Assembly (NCBI GenBank): GCA_016784105.1
Contig: JADHVG010000002.1
Location: forward strand, 1-43,656
Length of the DNA stretch: 43,656 bases
Direction of reading: 5' to 3'
Origin: Candidatus Woesearchaeota archaeon
GTDB lineage: Archaea; Nanobdellota; Nanobdellia; Woesearchaeales; GW2011-AR4
The position numbers were made by a program, and so were the translations under genes. Below are positions 15,363 through 24,278 of the stretch, one piece after another. Position 1 is the stretch's first letter. The number at the start of each line of letters is the position of its first letter. The notes beneath the pieces were generated by a model. The model worked only from the letters and a program-made list of their open reading frames with translations, was not told the origin of the DNA and made no database searches.

Positions 15363-16739
15363 TCATTTATGTTCATAAACATTAAATCCTTTTACATTAA
15401 CAAATTCTTTGATTCCGTACTGGGATAGTTCCCTTCCAATTCCTGATTCTTTGATTCCTCCAAAAGGTAATCTAGGATCTGATTTTGTTATTGAATTAAC
15501 AAATATACAACCAGTTTCCACTTGCTTTGCTATTTCTTTTCCTCTTTCCAAGTCTTTAGTCCATACACTCCCTCCCAGTCCAAATTCGGAGGAGTTTGCT
15601 ATTTGTATTGCTTCTTCATCCGTTTCTACTTCTATGATTGCTGCTACCGGACCAAAGGTTTCTTCGTGAACTATCTCCATATCTTTATGAGTGTTAGTTA
15701 TAACCGTAGGTTCGTAGAAATATCCTTTGCCGGAAATTTTTTTCCCCCCAGCAAGAACTTTTGCCCCTTTACTTACTGCATCTTTTACCTGTCCATCTAT
15801 ATCATTAAGAGCTTGTTCATTTACTAAAGAACCTAACTTAGTATTTTCGTCAAAAGGATCCCCCACAATCATTTTTTTTGCTAAATCTGCAAATTTGTTG
15901 GCAAATTCTTCTGCTATTTCTTTTCTTACAATAAATCTTTTTGCTGCAATGCAGCTTTGACCATTATTTTGAAATCTTCCAAGAATTGCATTTTTAGCTA
16001 CTATCTCCAAATCTGCATCTTCTAAAATGATGAATGCATCTGAACCTCCTAACTCTAAAACAACTTTTTTTAAGTTTCTTCCAGCAGCTTCTGCAATTCT
16101 TTTACCGGCATTAGTTGAGCCGGTTAGAGAAACTCCTTTCACATGTTCTGATTCCATAACTTTAGCAGTGGTATCGTGATCTGCTATGATTGTTCTAAAG
16201 ATATTTTTTGGAAAGCCAGCTTCCCTAAAACTTTCTTCAATTAGCAATGCAGAACCGGTAACGTTGCTGGCATGCTTGAGAATTCCACCGTTGCCTGCTA
16301 AAAGAGTGGGTATTGCAAACCTAAATACTTGCCAGAAAGGAAAGTTCCAGGGCATAACAGCTAAAATAACACCTAATGGTTGATAAATAACTTTATGTTC
16401 TTTGCCATCCGCTTCCAATATTTCGTCTGCCAACCATTCTTCTCCTTTTTCTACAAAAACATCACAGCACAGAGCGCACTTCTCAACCTCTCCAAGAGCA
16501 TCTTTTACCGGTTTACCCATCTCTTTAGACATTAATTCTGCATACTTTTCTTTATTATTTCTAAGAACTTCTGCAAGTTTGGTAAAGTAACCTGCCCTCT
16601 CTTTTATTGAAAGTTTCTTCCAAGAATTATAAGCATCATTAATATCGTCTAAAATAGCAAGAACTTTCTCTTGAGACATAACCTCATACTCATTAAGGTT
16701 CTCTTCGGTAGCAGGATTAATAGTTTGTACTTTCATCAT
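15363..16739 (-). CDS. NAD(P)-dependent aldehyde dehydrogenase (succinate-semialdehyde dehydrogenase-like)
   Basis: ALDH motifs: VMPWNFPFWQ, LELGGSDAFII (catalytic Glu), QNNGQSCIAAKR (catalytic Cys) and EETFGPV. Confidence 0.85.
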   Translation of the reverse strand: MMKVQTINPATEENLNEYEVMSQEKVLAILDDINDAYNSWKKLSIKERAGYFTKLAEVLRNNKEKYAELMSKEMGKPVKDALGEVEKCALCCDVFVEKGEEWLADEILEADGKEHKVIYQPLGVILAVMPWNFPFWQVFRFAIPTLLAGNGGILKHASNVTGSALLIEESFREAGFPKNIFRTIIADHDTTAKVMESEHVKGVSLTGSTNAGKRIAEAAGRNLKKVVLELGGSDAFIILEDADLEIVAKNAILGRFQNNGQSCIAAKRFIVRKEIAEEFANKFADLAKKMIVGDPFDENTKLGSLVNEQALNDIDGQVKDAVSKGAKVLAGGKKISGKGYFYEPTVITNTHKDMEIVHEETFGPVAAIIEVETDEEAIQIANSSEFGLGGSVWTKDLERGKEIAKQVETGCIFVNSITKSDPRLPFGGIKESGIGRELSQYGIKEFVNVKGFNVYEHK

Positions 16740-16784
16740 ATCACTTAAAATTCCATTAAATTGTCATTATTATACTTTTCGTTT

Positions 16785-16800
16785 TTAAGTTCAAACTTAA
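16785..16800. promoter_or_regulatory. Palindrome TTAAGTT-ca-AACTTAA in a divergent intergenic region
   Basis: Read directly. It lies between the aldehyde dehydrogenase start (16739) and the start of the small plus-strand gene (16865). Confidence 0.3.
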
Positions 16801-16864
16801 GTTTGGGTATTAAATGGAAACATTTATGTAGGATAAAAACTAATACTTCTCAAGGGTGATTTGC

Positions 16865-17173
16865 ATGAAACTGACTGAAATTATTGGGGTAGAGAACTTA
16901 TCTATGGTTGAATCTAAGGAAGTCAAAGAACATGTTGAAAATTTTAAGGAAAGACTCCCAAACGTGAAAAGGCTTCAGGTTAAAGTAACTAAGAAGAGTA
17001 AGGGAAGTTATTCAGTGGATGTTTCGATGATTCTTCGTAACAATGATATTGTTAATGTTGGAGATTCTGCTTTCACACTGAACAGAGCAATAGAAAAAGC
17101 CTTCACTAATTCCTTATTAAAAATTGAGCAAAACATCAAGAAGGAAGAGGAACTTCTTGACTTATTTAGCTAA
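16865..17173 (+). CDS. Small protein with RaiA/HPF-like (ribosome hibernation factor) sequence pattern
   Basis: The SD GGGTGA lies 6 nt upstream of the ATG at 16865. The beta-alpha-beta-beta-beta-alpha-like pattern and the C-terminal helix LNRAIEKAFTNSLLKIEQNIKK resemble the HPF segment AID..L.RQL.K.K. The similarity is weak and judged by eye. Confidence 0.35.
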   Translation: MKLTEIIGVENLSMVESKEVKEHVENFKERLPNVKRLQVKVTKKSKGSYSVDVSMILRNNDIVNVGDSAFTLNRAIEKAFTNSLLKIEQNIKKEEELLDLFS

Positions 17174-17307
17174 AAATATTTAAGACAACACTCTACTTTA
17201 TTGGTTTAGTTCTATGATTGTACTATTCTTCTACGTTTGAACTAGGGACTATTTAAAAGATAATCCATTAACATAACACACTTGATAATTTGGGTGGAGG
17301 AAATAAA

Positions 17308-18276
17308 ATGAAATCAAAAAATGTTATTATTTTAATTGTGGTAGTATTGATTGTTATTGCTATATCTGTAAATACTTTTTTTATTGGGACAAAGCTTTCA
17401 AAAGAAGAATCTACAAGCCCTATAGAAACATACAACCCAATAATTAATCCAGAGGACTTCACAATCAAACTAACCAATAAATATTTCTCATTTAAACCAG
17501 ATACAACTTACATTTTTGAAGGAGAAACAGATGAAGGAATTGAAAGAACTGAAGTTCATCTTACAAAAAACACAAAAAGTATTATGGGAGTTAAGGTTGC
17601 AGAAGTAAGAGATAAAGTTTACATTGATGGTGATCTAGCAGAAGATACAAGAGACTGGTACGCACAAGATAAAGAAGGGAATGTTTGGTATTTCGGAGAA
17701 AGTTCAAAGGATTTCATAAACGGGAAGTTAGTTAGTACTTCCGGTTCTTGGGTTGCTGGAATTTATGGAGCTAAACCCGGAATCATTATGAAAGGAAACC
17801 CTCAGCCAGGAGACACTTATTATCAGGAATATTATCCCGGAGAAGCAGAAGATAAGGGAAGTGTTGTTGATTTAGGATTGGATGTTAAAGTTGAGTATGG
17901 TTCCTTCTCCAACTGTATCCAAACAAAGGACTGGAATCCTTTAGACCTTGAAGAAGAACACAAGTATTATTGTCCGGGTGTAGGGCTAGTTTATGAAACC
18001 GAGATTGACAGCGCTGAAGGCATCCAATTAATAGGCATAACCTCTTCAAAAGCTGCTGTTGAAACAGAAACCCCTATTGTGGAACTTAAGAAGGACACAA
18101 CTGAGAGTGAAGCGAAAGCAATTGCCAAAAAAGCAGTTGATGGAACTATAACAGACATCGAAATAGAAAAGAAGTTTGGGAAAGCAACCTATGTTGTTGA
18201 GATGGATGATGATGGAGAAGAAGTAGATGTCATCATCGACATAGAGACCGGAGCGGTTCTTGGAATAGAAGATTAA
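17308..18276 (+). CDS. Membrane-anchored extracytoplasmic protein with C-terminal PepSY domain
   Basis: The SD GGTGGAGG precedes the ATG at 17308. The N-terminal anchor is VIILIVVVLIVIAISV. The C-terminal PepSY-like segment is AKAIAKKAVDGTITDIEIEKKFGKATYVVEMDDDGEEVDVIIDIETGAVLGIE. Confidence 0.65.
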   Translation: MKSKNVIILIVVVLIVIAISVNTFFIGTKLSKEESTSPIETYNPIINPEDFTIKLTNKYFSFKPDTTYIFEGETDEGIERTEVHLTKNTKSIMGVKVAEVRDKVYIDGDLAEDTRDWYAQDKEGNVWYFGESSKDFINGKLVSTSGSWVAGIYGAKPGIIMKGNPQPGDTYYQEYYPGEAEDKGSVVDLGLDVKVEYGSFSNCIQTKDWNPLDLEEEHKYYCPGVGLVYETEIDSAEGIQLIGITSSKAAVETETPIVELKKDTTESEAKAIAKKAVDGTITDIEIEKKFGKATYVVEMDDDGEEVDVIIDIETGAVLGIED

Positions 18277-18287
18277 CCCCTCATTCA

Positions 18288-18328
18288 TCCTGATGTGATT
18301 GTTAGTTGCATCAGGAATTTCTTTTTTT
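18288..18328 (+). terminator. Hairpin plus T-tract terminator
   Basis: An 8-bp stem TCCTGATG (18288-18295) / CATCAGGA (18309-18316) encloses a 13-nt loop. It is followed by atttc and a T7 run (18322-18328), 12 nt after the PepSY gene stop. Confidence 0.6.
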
Positions 18329-18376
18329 AATTAAGTTAATAAACACCAAAAATAATTATGGGTTAGGAGGTAACAC

Positions 18377-18751
18377 ATGAACACTAAAAAAATATTATTT
18401 GTATTAATCACTGTTTTTGTTTTAATTTCTATGTCATCTTTTGTATTTGCACAAGAAGACGCTAACGGTTTAGAGGATTTAGAAGTATTTGGTCTGGAAG
18501 CTGAAAAATTGCTTAACTTAGGATCTGGGTTATTGGCAGCAGTACTTTGTTTTCTGACCTATACTGCCTACACACGAACAAAGCGAAATAAACTAAAATT
18601 CATAGCACTTGCATTTTTCTTATTTGCCTTAAAATCCTTCATGATGGGTTCTGAAATTTTTATAGAAGAAATTCCCGGAGTTGATCCAATCACAGCAATT
18701 TTGGATTTTGCGATATTATTGAGTTTTTTCTATGGTGTCCTTAAGAGATAA
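18377..18751 (+). CDS. Small membrane protein (signal/anchor plus 2-3 TM)
   Basis: The SD AGGAGGT lies upstream. Hydrophobic segments include ILFVLITVFVLISMSSFVFA, LLAAVLCFLTYTAY and FIALAFFLFAL. Confidence 0.55.
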   Translation: MNTKKILFVLITVFVLISMSSFVFAQEDANGLEDLEVFGLEAEKLLNLGSGLLAAVLCFLTYTAYTRTKRNKLKFIALAFFLFALKSFMMGSEIFIEEIPGVDPITAILDFAILLSFFYGVLKR

Positions 18752-18752
18752 C

Positions 18753-19298
18753 ATGGAATCTGAATTCCTTACTGACAGGGAAAAAAAGGTATTGGAAGTA
18801 GATGTCAGAAGAAAACTGTACAATATAGTGAAAAAATATGCTGGAACTCACTTCAGAGAAATTGAAAGGAAAAGTGAACTGGCAACTGGTTCTGTGCAAT
18901 ACCACCTTAATTTTTTGGTAAAACAAAACTTGATAAAATTAGAAAAAGAAGGGAATAATGTAAGATATTTTCCAAAAGACTTCCTTTCTGACAACAAAAG
19001 AATCATGGCTTTTTTGAGGCAGAGAAGTGTAAGGAACATAATCTTGTTTGTTTTAACGCATAATAATTGCAACCATGATCAAATTGTGAAGTTCGTAAAA
19101 CTATCTCCTTCTACCGTGTCCTGGCACCTGAAGAAACTGGAAGATGAAAACATTCTAGGTTTTGTAAAAAGTGGAAGAAAAACCCATTATAACGTTCTCA
19201 TAGATAGAAATGAAATCATGAACCTTCTTATTACCTACCAAGAAAGCTTTTTAGACAATCTGGTAGATAACATAATTGAGATGTGGGAAATCAATTGA
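18753..19298 (+). CDS. Double winged-helix (ArsR-like) transcriptional regulator
   Basis: Two wHTH units are present: THFREIERKSELATGSVQYHLNFLVKQNLI and HDQIVKFVKLSPSTVSWHLKKLEDENIL. The ATG at 18753 lies 2 nt after the upstream stop. The track start at 18732 overlaps the upstream gene. Confidence 0.7.
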   Translation: MESEFLTDREKKVLEVDVRRKLYNIVKKYAGTHFREIERKSELATGSVQYHLNFLVKQNLIKLEKEGNNVRYFPKDFLSDNKRIMAFLRQRSVRNIILFVLTHNNCNHDQIVKFVKLSPSTVSWHLKKLEDENILGFVKSGRKTHYNVLIDRNEIMNLLITYQESFLDNLVDNIIEMWEIN

Positions 19299-19348
19299 TA
19301 AGAGTTAAACAAAAACATTTTAAATTCTAATTATCTTTCTTTTTAATC

Positions 19349-20194
19349 ATGAAACAGTATATTGATGCTCTGAGAGATGTTCTGGAGAACGGTACTGATA
19401 GAAAAGATAGAACTGGTACTGGTACTCGTGCGGTTTTTGGGATGCAGCAACGCTATAATCTTGAGGATGGTTTTCCTGCTGTAACAACTAAAAAGCTTGC
19501 CTGGAAGTCCGTTAAATCAGAATTATTGTGGTTTATTGAAGGTAGCGGAGATGAGAGAAGGTTAGCAGAAATTCTTCATGGTACTAGAGACTTAGAGAAA
19601 AAAACTATTTGGACTGCTAATGGTAATGCTGAGTATTGGAAACCTAAAGCGAAGTTTGATGGTGATCTTGGAAGAGTTTATGGTGTTCAATGGAGACACT
19701 GGAAGAACTTTGAGAATAAAGAAACTGATCAGCTAAAGAATGCTATTGAACAAATTAAGAGTAATCCTACTTCAAGAAGAATTATTGTAAGTGCATGGAA
19801 TCCTGGAGAATTAGACAAGATGGCTTTGCCTCCTTGCCATGCTTTTATGCAGTTCTTTGTTTCCAATAACAAATTAAGCTTACAAATGTATCAAAGAAGT
19901 TGCGATATGTTTCTTGGAGTTCCATTTAACATAGCTTCTTATTCTTTATTGTTGCACATGGTGTCCCAAGTTACTAACTTAAAACCTGGAGAGTTTGTCC
20001 ATACTCTAGGAGATGCTCACATCTATAATAATCATTTTGCGCAGGTAAAAGAACAATTAGAAAGGAAACCCCTCCAATTACCAAAACTAAAGATTAATCC
20101 AAACGTAAAAAACATTGATGATTTCAAGATGGAAGATATTGACCTTGAAGGGTATGAGCATCACCCACCTATAAAAGCTCCGATGGCTGTCTAG
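19349..20194 (+). CDS. thyA: Thymidylate synthase (ThyA type)
   Basis: Motifs DRTGTGT, ELLWFIEG, SAWNP, LPPCH (catalytic Cys), QRSCDMFLGVPFNIASY and GDAHIY. Confidence 0.95.
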   Translation: MKQYIDALRDVLENGTDRKDRTGTGTRAVFGMQQRYNLEDGFPAVTTKKLAWKSVKSELLWFIEGSGDERRLAEILHGTRDLEKKTIWTANGNAEYWKPKAKFDGDLGRVYGVQWRHWKNFENKETDQLKNAIEQIKSNPTSRRIIVSAWNPGELDKMALPPCHAFMQFFVSNNKLSLQMYQRSCDMFLGVPFNIASYSLLLHMVSQVTNLKPGEFVHTLGDAHIYNNHFAQVKEQLERKPLQLPKLKINPNVKNIDDFKMEDIDLEGYEHHPPIKAPMAV

Positions 20195-20195
20195 A

Positions 20196-20495
20196 ATGTT
20201 TGCTATAGCTTACAGGTACAAAATTAAGAGCGAAGATCTTTCTAAGTGGAAGAAGATAAATTATGGTGCAAAGAAAATATACGAAAAATTTGGGAGTTAT
20301 CGTGTTGAAAAATTAGTTAAAAAAGAAAAAAAATTACTATCCATTTTGGAAATTGAATTCTACAAATCTAGGGATGATTATGAAAAGATAAAGCAGAAAG
20401 TGAAAGGTAATGAACAAAGAAACAACTTTCTCAAGGAATTTATTTCTTTTGTGTACAGAAAGAGAGTTGATATTGAAGAGTTTGATGTTTTATGA
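20196..20495 (+). CDS. Hypothetical 99-aa protein inserted between thyA and folA
   Basis: The ATG lies 1 nt after the thyA TAG. The protein is Lys/Glu-rich. No family recognised. Confidence 0.5.
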   Translation: MFAIAYRYKIKSEDLSKWKKINYGAKKIYEKFGSYRVEKLVKKEKKLLSILEIEFYKSRDDYEKIKQKVKGNEQRNNFLKEFISFVYRKRVDIEEFDVL

Positions 20496-20590
20496 ATAAA
20501 AAACTTATTTGGGCAACAATTTTTATATTATTACTAATTCTTTTTTTCCAAGTGCTTAAATGGTTTAAAGTTTGGAGGGAATTTTTATGA
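20492..20590 (+). CDS. Candidate 32-codon single-TM small ORF (MNKKLIWATIFILLLILFFQVLKWFKVWREFL)
   Basis: Not in the ORF track because it is under 60 aa. Its ATG overlaps the upstream TGA (ATGA at 20492-20495). Its TGA overlaps the folA ATG (ATGA at 20587-20590). It has a hydrophobic core flanked by basic residues. Confidence 0.4.
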   Translation: MNKKLIWATIFILLLILFFQVLKWFKVWREFL

Positions 20591-21072
20591 CAATATCTTT
20601 TGTGGTGGCAATGTCGAAAAACAGAGTAATTGGTAATAAGGGCACTATACCTTGGGACATGCCAGCAGATTTTCGTTATATGCGCAAGATAACTGATGGA
20701 AAGCCATTGATAATGGGAAGAAAAACTCATGAATCTATAGGAAAACCTCTTCCAAACAGAAAGAACATAATTCTTACCAGAGACACTTCTTATAAATCTG
20801 AAGGATGTGTTGTTGTACATACTCAAGAAGATGCGTTAAAGGAAGCTTCTTCCTTTCCTGAAATAATAATCTTTGGAGGAGAAGGAATTTACAAGATGTT
20901 TCTAGAAAAAGCAGACAAATTATACCTTACAATAATTGATACCGAACTTGAAGGAGATACTTTCTTCCCCGAATACGATAAGGATGAATGGAAACCTATT
21001 TTTTCTGAAAAACACAATAAAGATGAAGAAAACCCTTATGATTATGAATTCTTAACGCTAGAAAGGAAATGA
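20587..21072 (+). CDS. folA: Dihydrofolate reductase
   Basis: Motifs ISFVVAMSKNRVIGNKGTIPW, LIMGRKTHESIG.PLPNR.NIILTR and IIIFGGEGIY. The SD GGAGGG lies 8 nt upstream of the ATG at 20587. Confidence 0.9.
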   Translation: MTISFVVAMSKNRVIGNKGTIPWDMPADFRYMRKITDGKPLIMGRKTHESIGKPLPNRKNIILTRDTSYKSEGCVVVHTQEDALKEASSFPEIIIFGGEGIYKMFLEKADKLYLTIIDTELEGDTFFPEYDKDEWKPIFSEKHNKDEENPYDYEFLTLERK

Positions 21073-21467
21073 ACAAAAAAACAATTATTGGAGGATTTAC
21101 GGGATTGGTAGCATTGGTTGGTTTTTCTGCGCAAACACTCGCAGAAGGAAATTCGGTGTCCTATTATGATTCTAGAGCCAAATCTGATGTTTTGATCTCT
21201 GCCAATGGGCATGGTGTGATTAGCGAAGTTAAAATAAGAAATGAACGAGAGATTGTTTCTTGTTCAAAGCAATCTGATCTTTATTTGATTGAGGAGTTGC
21301 CAAAGAGTCAAAAAAAGTACGACTTAGCTAATGTCCCAAGACCGGAAAATCCTTACTACAATTTTTTATGCTATCATGAAACTCATTCTGGAGAATTAGA
21401 AGATATAAGAGAACGAAATGTGTTTGAATATCAAACAAGGTTCACTACTGGTGGATTTAAAGAGTAA
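21069..21467 (+). CDS. Secreted hypothetical protein
   Basis: ATGA overlap with the folA stop. The signal-peptide-like N-terminus is IIGGFTGLVALVGFSAQTLAEG. Confidence 0.5.
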   Translation: MNKKTIIGGFTGLVALVGFSAQTLAEGNSVSYYDSRAKSDVLISANGHGVISEVKIRNEREIVSCSKQSDLYLIEELPKSQKKYDLANVPRPENPYYNFLCYHETHSGELEDIRERNVFEYQTRFTTGGFKE

Positions 21468-22332
21468 CTTCTATTTTTCTTTTATTAGAATTCCTACAAT
21501 TCTTGGAGCAGCAACCATCTAAAACTTTAATGCATTTTTCACATGCGATAAATCGTTCATCACACTCAACAACTGCACAGTTATGATAATCGGCAGAAGG
21601 AATGTTACAAAGAGTACATTGACTCACTAGTTCTGCATGGTTTTTTGGGTCTATATCTATTGCTCCACGAGTATCAAACACAAAGCACTTACCTTCCCAA
21701 TGTTCATTTCCGCATTCTTTGCCGTAATTTATTATTCCGCCATGGAGTTGTCTTATGTTCTCAAAACCTTGATCTTTCATATAAGCAGTTGATTTTTCGC
21801 ACCTAACTCCCCCGGTACAGTACGTCACTATCTTACAATCTTTTTTGTTCTCAATTTTTTTAAGAGCCTGAGGGAATTCTCTATGCACATCCATCGGCAT
21901 CTCAACAGCATTTTTAAACCTACCAATGTTGTACTCATAACTGTTCCTTATATCAACAAGAATTAAGTCTTCGCCAGAATCCAATAACTTCTTAAGTTCT
22001 TTTGGTTCTATGTAATCAGCCTTATTCCCCATGTCCGTATCCAGGTTTGAGGTAACTATCTCTTTCCTTATCCTAACAGATAGTCTCTTGAAAGTGTGAT
22101 CTTCAACAAGACCTTCCTTGAACTCAACATCTGAAAATCTCTTGTCTGATTTTAATTCTTGTTTGTATCTATCTGTATCTTCCCCTTTACCGGACAAACA
22201 ACCGTTTATACCTTCTTCTGCTAAAAGAACAGTACCTAAAAGATTTAGTTCCTCGCACAACTCTAACTGTTTTTCTTTTAATTGTAAAGGGTTTTTTATC
22301 TCCACATATTTATAAAACAATATATTTTTCAT
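21457..22332 (-). CDS. trhO: Rhodanese-domain protein of the UPF0176/YceA (TrhO, tRNA U34 hydroxylase) family
   Basis: The N-terminus is ILFYKYVEIKNP...LLAEEGINGCLSG. The rhodanese active site is YCTGGVRCEKS, and the C-terminus is Cys-rich. I prefer the ATG at 22332 (MKNILFYKY) to the track start at 22401, which overlaps the upstream gene. Confidence 0.8.
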   Translation of the reverse strand: MKNILFYKYVEIKNPLQLKEKQLELCEELNLLGTVLLAEEGINGCLSGKGEDTDRYKQELKSDKRFSDVEFKEGLVEDHTFKRLSVRIRKEIVTSNLDTDMGNKADYIEPKELKKLLDSGEDLILVDIRNSYEYNIGRFKNAVEMPMDVHREFPQALKKIENKKDCKIVTYCTGGVRCEKSTAYMKDQGFENIRQLHGGIINYGKECGNEHWEGKCFVFDTRGAIDIDPKNHAELVSQCTLCNIPSADYHNCAVVECDERFIACEKCIKVLDGCCSKNCRNSNKRKIEVTL

Positions 22333-22364
22333 AGGAAAAAGGAAGAAAAAGCTGTTTAAATATT

Positions 22365-23033
22365 TTATCGTCCTGATAGTGCTGTTTCGAAAATCCAACA
22401 ATTTTTTACGTTTTTTGCGAAGTATGCGTTTTGAGCTAAATTCATAAGTTTAAAAGTTTCGTTGAATAGTTCTGAGTTTAGGAAAATGTCTTTTTGATAT
22501 TCGTTTAATCCGTCAATTACATGCATACGTGCCTTGCTTTCTTGGATTGTTCTCCCAAACTTGTTGTTTGTGACTTCTAGATCTAAAGCCTCTACAACTA
22601 ACTCCTCGTCTTCTGGATGCGAATAGAACATTGCCATAATTCCCTCTGGCAGAAGAATCACTCTAGAACGTTCAACGCCATAAAATGCTCCTGAATGAGT
22701 GTCTGAATGACTGCTTCTCTCTCCATCATGTTTTATTACTATTGCGTCTAGTTCGTCCCCCCCATCAGATTCTGCGATTCTAAGTTTAGTTTTCCCGACA
22801 GATAAATGTATTCCCAGATAACTACCAGAAGTGCACTGTTCTACACTCCTCCACCAACCTTCCTCTGAAGGATCTTCAATGAAATATCCTCCTGTTAAGC
22901 TCTTCTCTTTCTCATCTGCTAAGACGCATTCTATTTGTTGAAATGCGTAGGGCTCTTCTTCACATAAGTCCATGACAAATCTAGGCTTAGAATCTAAATT
23001 CCTGATCATTTCTTCAAAAATTTCATCTATCAT
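22365..23033 (-). CDS. Hypothetical acidic protein
   Basis: 222-aa ATG ORF with an AT-rich TATA-like element about 30 nt upstream. No family recognised. Confidence 0.5.
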   Translation of the reverse strand: MIDEIFEEMIRNLDSKPRFVMDLCEEEPYAFQQIECVLADEKEKSLTGGYFIEDPSEEGWWRSVEQCTSGSYLGIHLSVGKTKLRIAESDGGDELDAIVIKHDGERSSHSDTHSGAFYGVERSRVILLPEGIMAMFYSHPEDEELVVEALDLEVTNNKFGRTIQESKARMHVIDGLNEYQKDIFLNSELFNETFKLMNLAQNAYFAKNVKNCWIFETALSGR

Positions 23034-23087
23034 GTAACTAAGAATTAGAAATTAATTTAAAAAATTAACTATTATTGAATAGTTAAA

Positions 23088-24278
23088 TTATTTCTCGCAA
23101 GCGCCTGTTTCTTTTGCTATTCGTGCAACTTCTTTTGCAACGGCCGGAACAACATTCTTGTCAAGAGTATAAGGCAAAATGTTGTCTACAGTAGGTTCCA
23201 CACAGCCAGCAATTGCTTTTGCCGCTGCTATCTTCATCTCATCATTGATCCTCAAAGCTCTAGCATCTAAAGCCCCCCTAAAAACTCCTGGAAAAGCCAA
23301 AGAATTATTTATCTGGTTGGGAAAATCTGACCTTCCTGTTCCAACAACCTTCGCAACTTTCAAAGCTTCAGAAGGCATGATTTCTGGTATTGGGTTGGCC
23401 ATCGCCAAAATAATAGCATCTTTGCCCATCACCTTAATATCTTCAGCAGTAAGAACATTCCCTTTTGACAAACCAATAAACACATCCGCATCCTTAAGCG
23501 CATCTTTTAAGATTCCGGAAACGTCATTCCGGTTTGTCATTCCGGCAAGTTGTTCTTTGACATCATTCAATCCTTCTCTTCCACGATGGATTATGCCTTT
23601 GCTGTCGCACACTATTATATCTCGAACAGGCATACATATCTTTTTGTCAATGTTAAAACAATTAAGTAATTTTACGGTTGCTATGCCTGCAGCTCCTGCT
23701 CCATTAACCACAACCTTAAGATCTTCCATCTTTTTATCAACAACTTTAGCTGCATTTATCATGGCAGCAAGAACCGTGATTGCAGTTCCGTGCTGGTCAT
23801 CGTGCATAACCGGAATTCCCAAATCTTGCAAATCTTTCTCTATCTCAAAACACTTTGGAGCAGAAATATCTTCTAAGTTAATGCCCCCAAATCCTGGAGC
23901 AATATTCCGAGCTATCTTAATAAGTTCTTCTTTATCTTGTGTATCGACACATATCGGAAAAGCATCTATATCCGCTAACTGCTTAAAAAGAATACTCTTA
24001 CCTTCCATGACCGGCAAGGATGCTTTAGCTCCGATGTTCCCTAACCCTAATACCGCAGAACCGTCCGTAAAAACAGCTACTGTATTACTTTTGAATGTGT
24101 ACTTGTAAGCTTCTTCAGGATTCTCAGCTATAACCTTGCATACTTCTGCAACCCCCGGAGTGTAAACTAAGCTTAGGTCATTTTTATCTTTAACTTCAAC
24201 TTTAGACGAAACAGCTAATTTCCCTTTGTTATCTTCATGTAATTTTAGTGCGTCTTCTTTTAATCCCATCTCAATCAA
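23088..24278 (-). CDS. NAD(P)-dependent malic enzyme (short form)
   Basis: Motifs LSLVYTPGVAEVC, FTDGSAVLGLGNIG, PVMEGKSILFK, HDDQHGTA, VVNGAGAAG and ANPIPEI. Confidence 0.9.
   Translation of the reverse strand: MIEMGLKEDALKLHEDNKGKLAVSSKVEVKDKNDLSLVYTPGVAEVCKVIAENPEEAYKYTFKSNTVAVFTDGSAVLGLGNIGAKASLPVMEGKSILFKQLADIDAFPICVDTQDKEELIKIARNIAPGFGGINLEDISAPKCFEIEKDLQDLGIPVMHDDQHGTAITVLAAMINAAKVVDKKMEDLKVVVNGAGAAGIATVKLLNCFNIDKKICMPVRDIIVCDSKGIIHRGREGLNDVKEQLAGMTNRNDVSGILKDALKDADVFIGLSKGNVLTAEDIKVMGKDAIILAMANPIPEIMPSEALKVAKVVGTGRSDFPNQINNSLAFPGVFRGALDARALRINDEMKIAAAKAIAGCVEPTVDNILPYTLDKNVVPAVAKEVARIAKETGACEK

Noticed and set aside
23179-24108. A 309-aa ORF on the plus strand, antisense to the malic enzyme gene
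   Set aside because: It lies entirely within a gene that has unmistakable malic-enzyme motifs on the other strand. Its translation is low-complexity (Ser/Ala/Pro/Ile/Leu-rich) with no start context. This is a typical shadow ORF. The same reasoning applies to 24848-25345, 24476-24820, 35967-36389, 29169-29597, 11066-11482, 13009-13377, 41616-41975 and the other antisense ORFs in the track.
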